Origin: a virus
Taxonomy: Duplodnaviria; Caudoviricetes
DNA length: 51,612 nt
Virus record (IMG/VR): IMGVR_UViG_3300010043_000003
Coordinates: 1-51,612 of that record
Strand: one strand, 5' to 3'
Shown one piece after another: positions 49,917 through 51,612 of the stretch (position 1 is its first letter; every line of letters begins with the position of its first letter). Position numbers and translations under genes: made by a program. The notes under the pieces are model-generated. The model did not search any database and was not told where the DNA came from. It saw only the letters and a list, made by a program, of their open reading frames with translations.

Positions 49917-50780
49917 TCATCGGCGCGGCTCAACCATTTTGAGCACGTCGGCAACCCGCTCCTCATCGCGCGGCGGCAGCGCGCCACCCGGCAGAAACAT
50001 CAGCACCACTTCGCTCATCCCCTCCAGCGGCGTGAACGTCAGCAGCACGTGGCCCTGTGTCGTCATCGTGCGCACCAGCGCCTCGACGTAGACGTCCGAA
50101 GGCGGTTCCTCATCGAACCAGATCAGGTCCTTCTCGGTGCCTTCGAACGCGCCGCGGCCCTGCTCGTAGCTCTTCAGGCCGATCGTCGACCAACCGCCCG
50201 AGCGGTGACGCACCCTGACGGTATCGACGAGGTCCTGCACGCCGCGCTTCCAGGTCACCTGACCGATGTCCTCGGCGACCACCAGGCCGGTGCCTTCAAC
50301 CGTCTTGGTGCGGCCGCGCACCACCACCGGACCGAACAGCTTGCGCTGCACGACGTCGCGCGTCGACTCGTTCTTCTTGCCGGCGGCCCACACCTCGACG
50401 GGACGGGCGAAGCGCCGGCCGGGCCACCACACCGGATAGCGGCCGCTCGCGTGCAGCGCGACCTCGTAGGCGCCGACCGATTCGGTCTTGCCAACCCGGT
50501 TGGCGGCGAGCATCAGCCGCTCGCGGTGCGGACTGCCATCGCAATCCGGCGGGCACGCCGGCAACGGCTCGTGATCGCCGCCGGCGGCGAAGAATTCCAT
50601 GTGCCGCGGATAGAGCTCCCGGCGCAGCGGACCATCATCGGGAAAATACGCGTAGAGCCTACGCCTCTTCAGGCTCTCGTCGCTGCGACGACGCAGCTCC
50701 CTCGATAAGTGCCGGCGCCCCTCCTTCGAGAGCCTCGAGAGCTTCGGCAAGAGTGCGCTGATCTTCTGCGGATAGGACAT
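49917..50780 (-). CDS. terminase large subunit, N-terminal ATPase part (P22-like)
   Basis: Walker A AANRVGKT, Walker B IWFDEEP, coupling motif TFTPLEG; ends shortly after. Confidence 0.9.
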   Translation of the reverse strand: MSYPQKISALLPKLSRLSKEGRRHLSRELRRRSDESLKRRRLYAYFPDDGPLRRELYPRHMEFFAAGGDHEPLPACPPDCDGSPHRERLMLAANRVGKTESVGAYEVALHASGRYPVWWPGRRFARPVEVWAAGKKNESTRDVVQRKLFGPVVVRGRTKTVEGTGLVVAEDIGQVTWKRGVQDLVDTVRVRHRSGGWSTIGLKSYEQGRGAFEGTEKDLIWFDEEPPSDVYVEALVRTMTTQGHVLLTFTPLEGMSEVVLMFLPGGALPPRDEERVADVLKMVEPRR

Positions 50781-51276
50781 TGAAGATTGATACCTCGGTC
50801 GGCGCCACCTCCGCCGGCAGCCCCCCGAAATGTCTGAGCAACAGCGTGTTGGCGCCGAGCTTGTCGTGCAGCCGCAGGCGCGTCGGCTTGCCGTGCTCGT
50901 CGAACTCGACGTCCGCGATCGCCTCGGCCAGGCGCGGCGGCAGCTGCGTGATGTCGCGCAGCCGGTAGCGCAGCTGGCCGGCAACTTCGACGCGCTCGTA
51001 ATACTGCGGCAGCACCGCCGCGGCAATCCGATCGATGCGCACCAACGCCAGCCGCGGCCGGATGTCGAGCCACTCGGCCGCCTCGGCCATCAGCTCGTCG
51101 ATCCGCCGCTTGACGTCGGGGCGCCGCTTGAGCCGGTAGCAGTTGCCGCGGTGCGGGGCGTAGCCGGCGAGCCGGTAGGCCTCGAGCTCGGGCTGGGCGA
51201 CGGCCGGCACCCGCAACCACTGCTCGACGTACTCGCGGCAAAATTTCTCGTGCTGCGGATCGCGACAGGCAGGCAT
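50659..51276 (-). CDS. terminase small subunit
   Basis: HEKFCREY...AYRLAGY...RL...PDVKRRIDEL...LHDKLGA..LL.RHFG. Confidence 0.85.
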   Translation of the reverse strand: MPACRDPQHEKFCREYVEQWLRVPAVAQPELEAYRLAGYAPHRGNCYRLKRRPDVKRRIDELMAEAAEWLDIRPRLALVRIDRIAAAVLPQYYERVEVAGQLRYRLRDITQLPPRLAEAIADVEFDEHGKPTRLRLHDKLGANTLLLRHFGGLPAEVAPTEVSIFNVLSAEDQRTLAEALEALEGGAPALIEGAASSQRREPEEA

Positions 51277-51612
51277 GGGCTCAGCTCAGCAACTCAACGT
51301 GACGCGCGTGCGACGTCCGACTCACATGATGTCACGAAAGACTCAATCAAGCCTCAATCGAAAATCTAGAGCGCCCGCAGGTGCGCCGGCTGGCTGCCCG
51401 CCGAGTAGCGCGGCGGCGGCGCCCGCAGTGCCCGCGTCGAGCCTGCGCCCGGCGTCGGCGGCCGCGAGGCAAACATCTCGACCGGCTCCCATTAATTTGA
51501 CTTTTATACCGCCAGCCGCCACGTTCCGGTTTGCAAAGTCGCCCCGTCTGCCCGAACTGTCGCCGGATGGCGCGCGTGCCGTAGGCTCCTACGGCTAGGG
51601 CAGACGGGCCGC

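Noticed and set aside
51366-51612. ORFs at the right end of the window
   Set aside because: Only short low-complexity frames without convincing coding signal.

Overview
The whole window is a GC-rich temperate podophage with a BPP-1/T7-like virion module. It is apparently in its free, excised form, because an intact attP (the 3' half of a tRNA-Pro(CGG) plus arm repeats) has phage genes on both sides. The host is probably an alphaproteobacterium (inferred). Layout: (1) immunity region with Cro/CI-like HTH genes and a rightward early operon ending in xis-int-attP (0-5.5 kb); (2) minus-strand lysis and fibre genes (5.6-11.3 kb); (3) an inverted plus-strand accessory/recombination island (11.3-14.4 kb); (4) a long minus-strand late operon: TerS, split TerL, portal, scaffold, capsid, cement, fibres, tail tube A/B, ejection proteins and a 2784-aa polyvalent protein (14.4-51.3 kb). 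No replication genes are visible and the leftmost gene runs off the window. Best candidates for undescribed biology: three same-strand, out-of-frame mini-genes overprinted in the linkers directly after each enzymatic domain of the polyvalent protein; six small proteins sharing the scaffold's C-terminal WY motif; a 2.2-kb radical SAM/lysozyme cassette between perfect 74-bp direct repeats, containing a gene with an in-frame UGA followed by a SECIS-like hairpin; a terminase split into two genes around a SET-domain island; a 22-bp motif in front of three inserted late genes; and two structured RNA candidates. Family assignments come from motif recognition by eye, not database searches.
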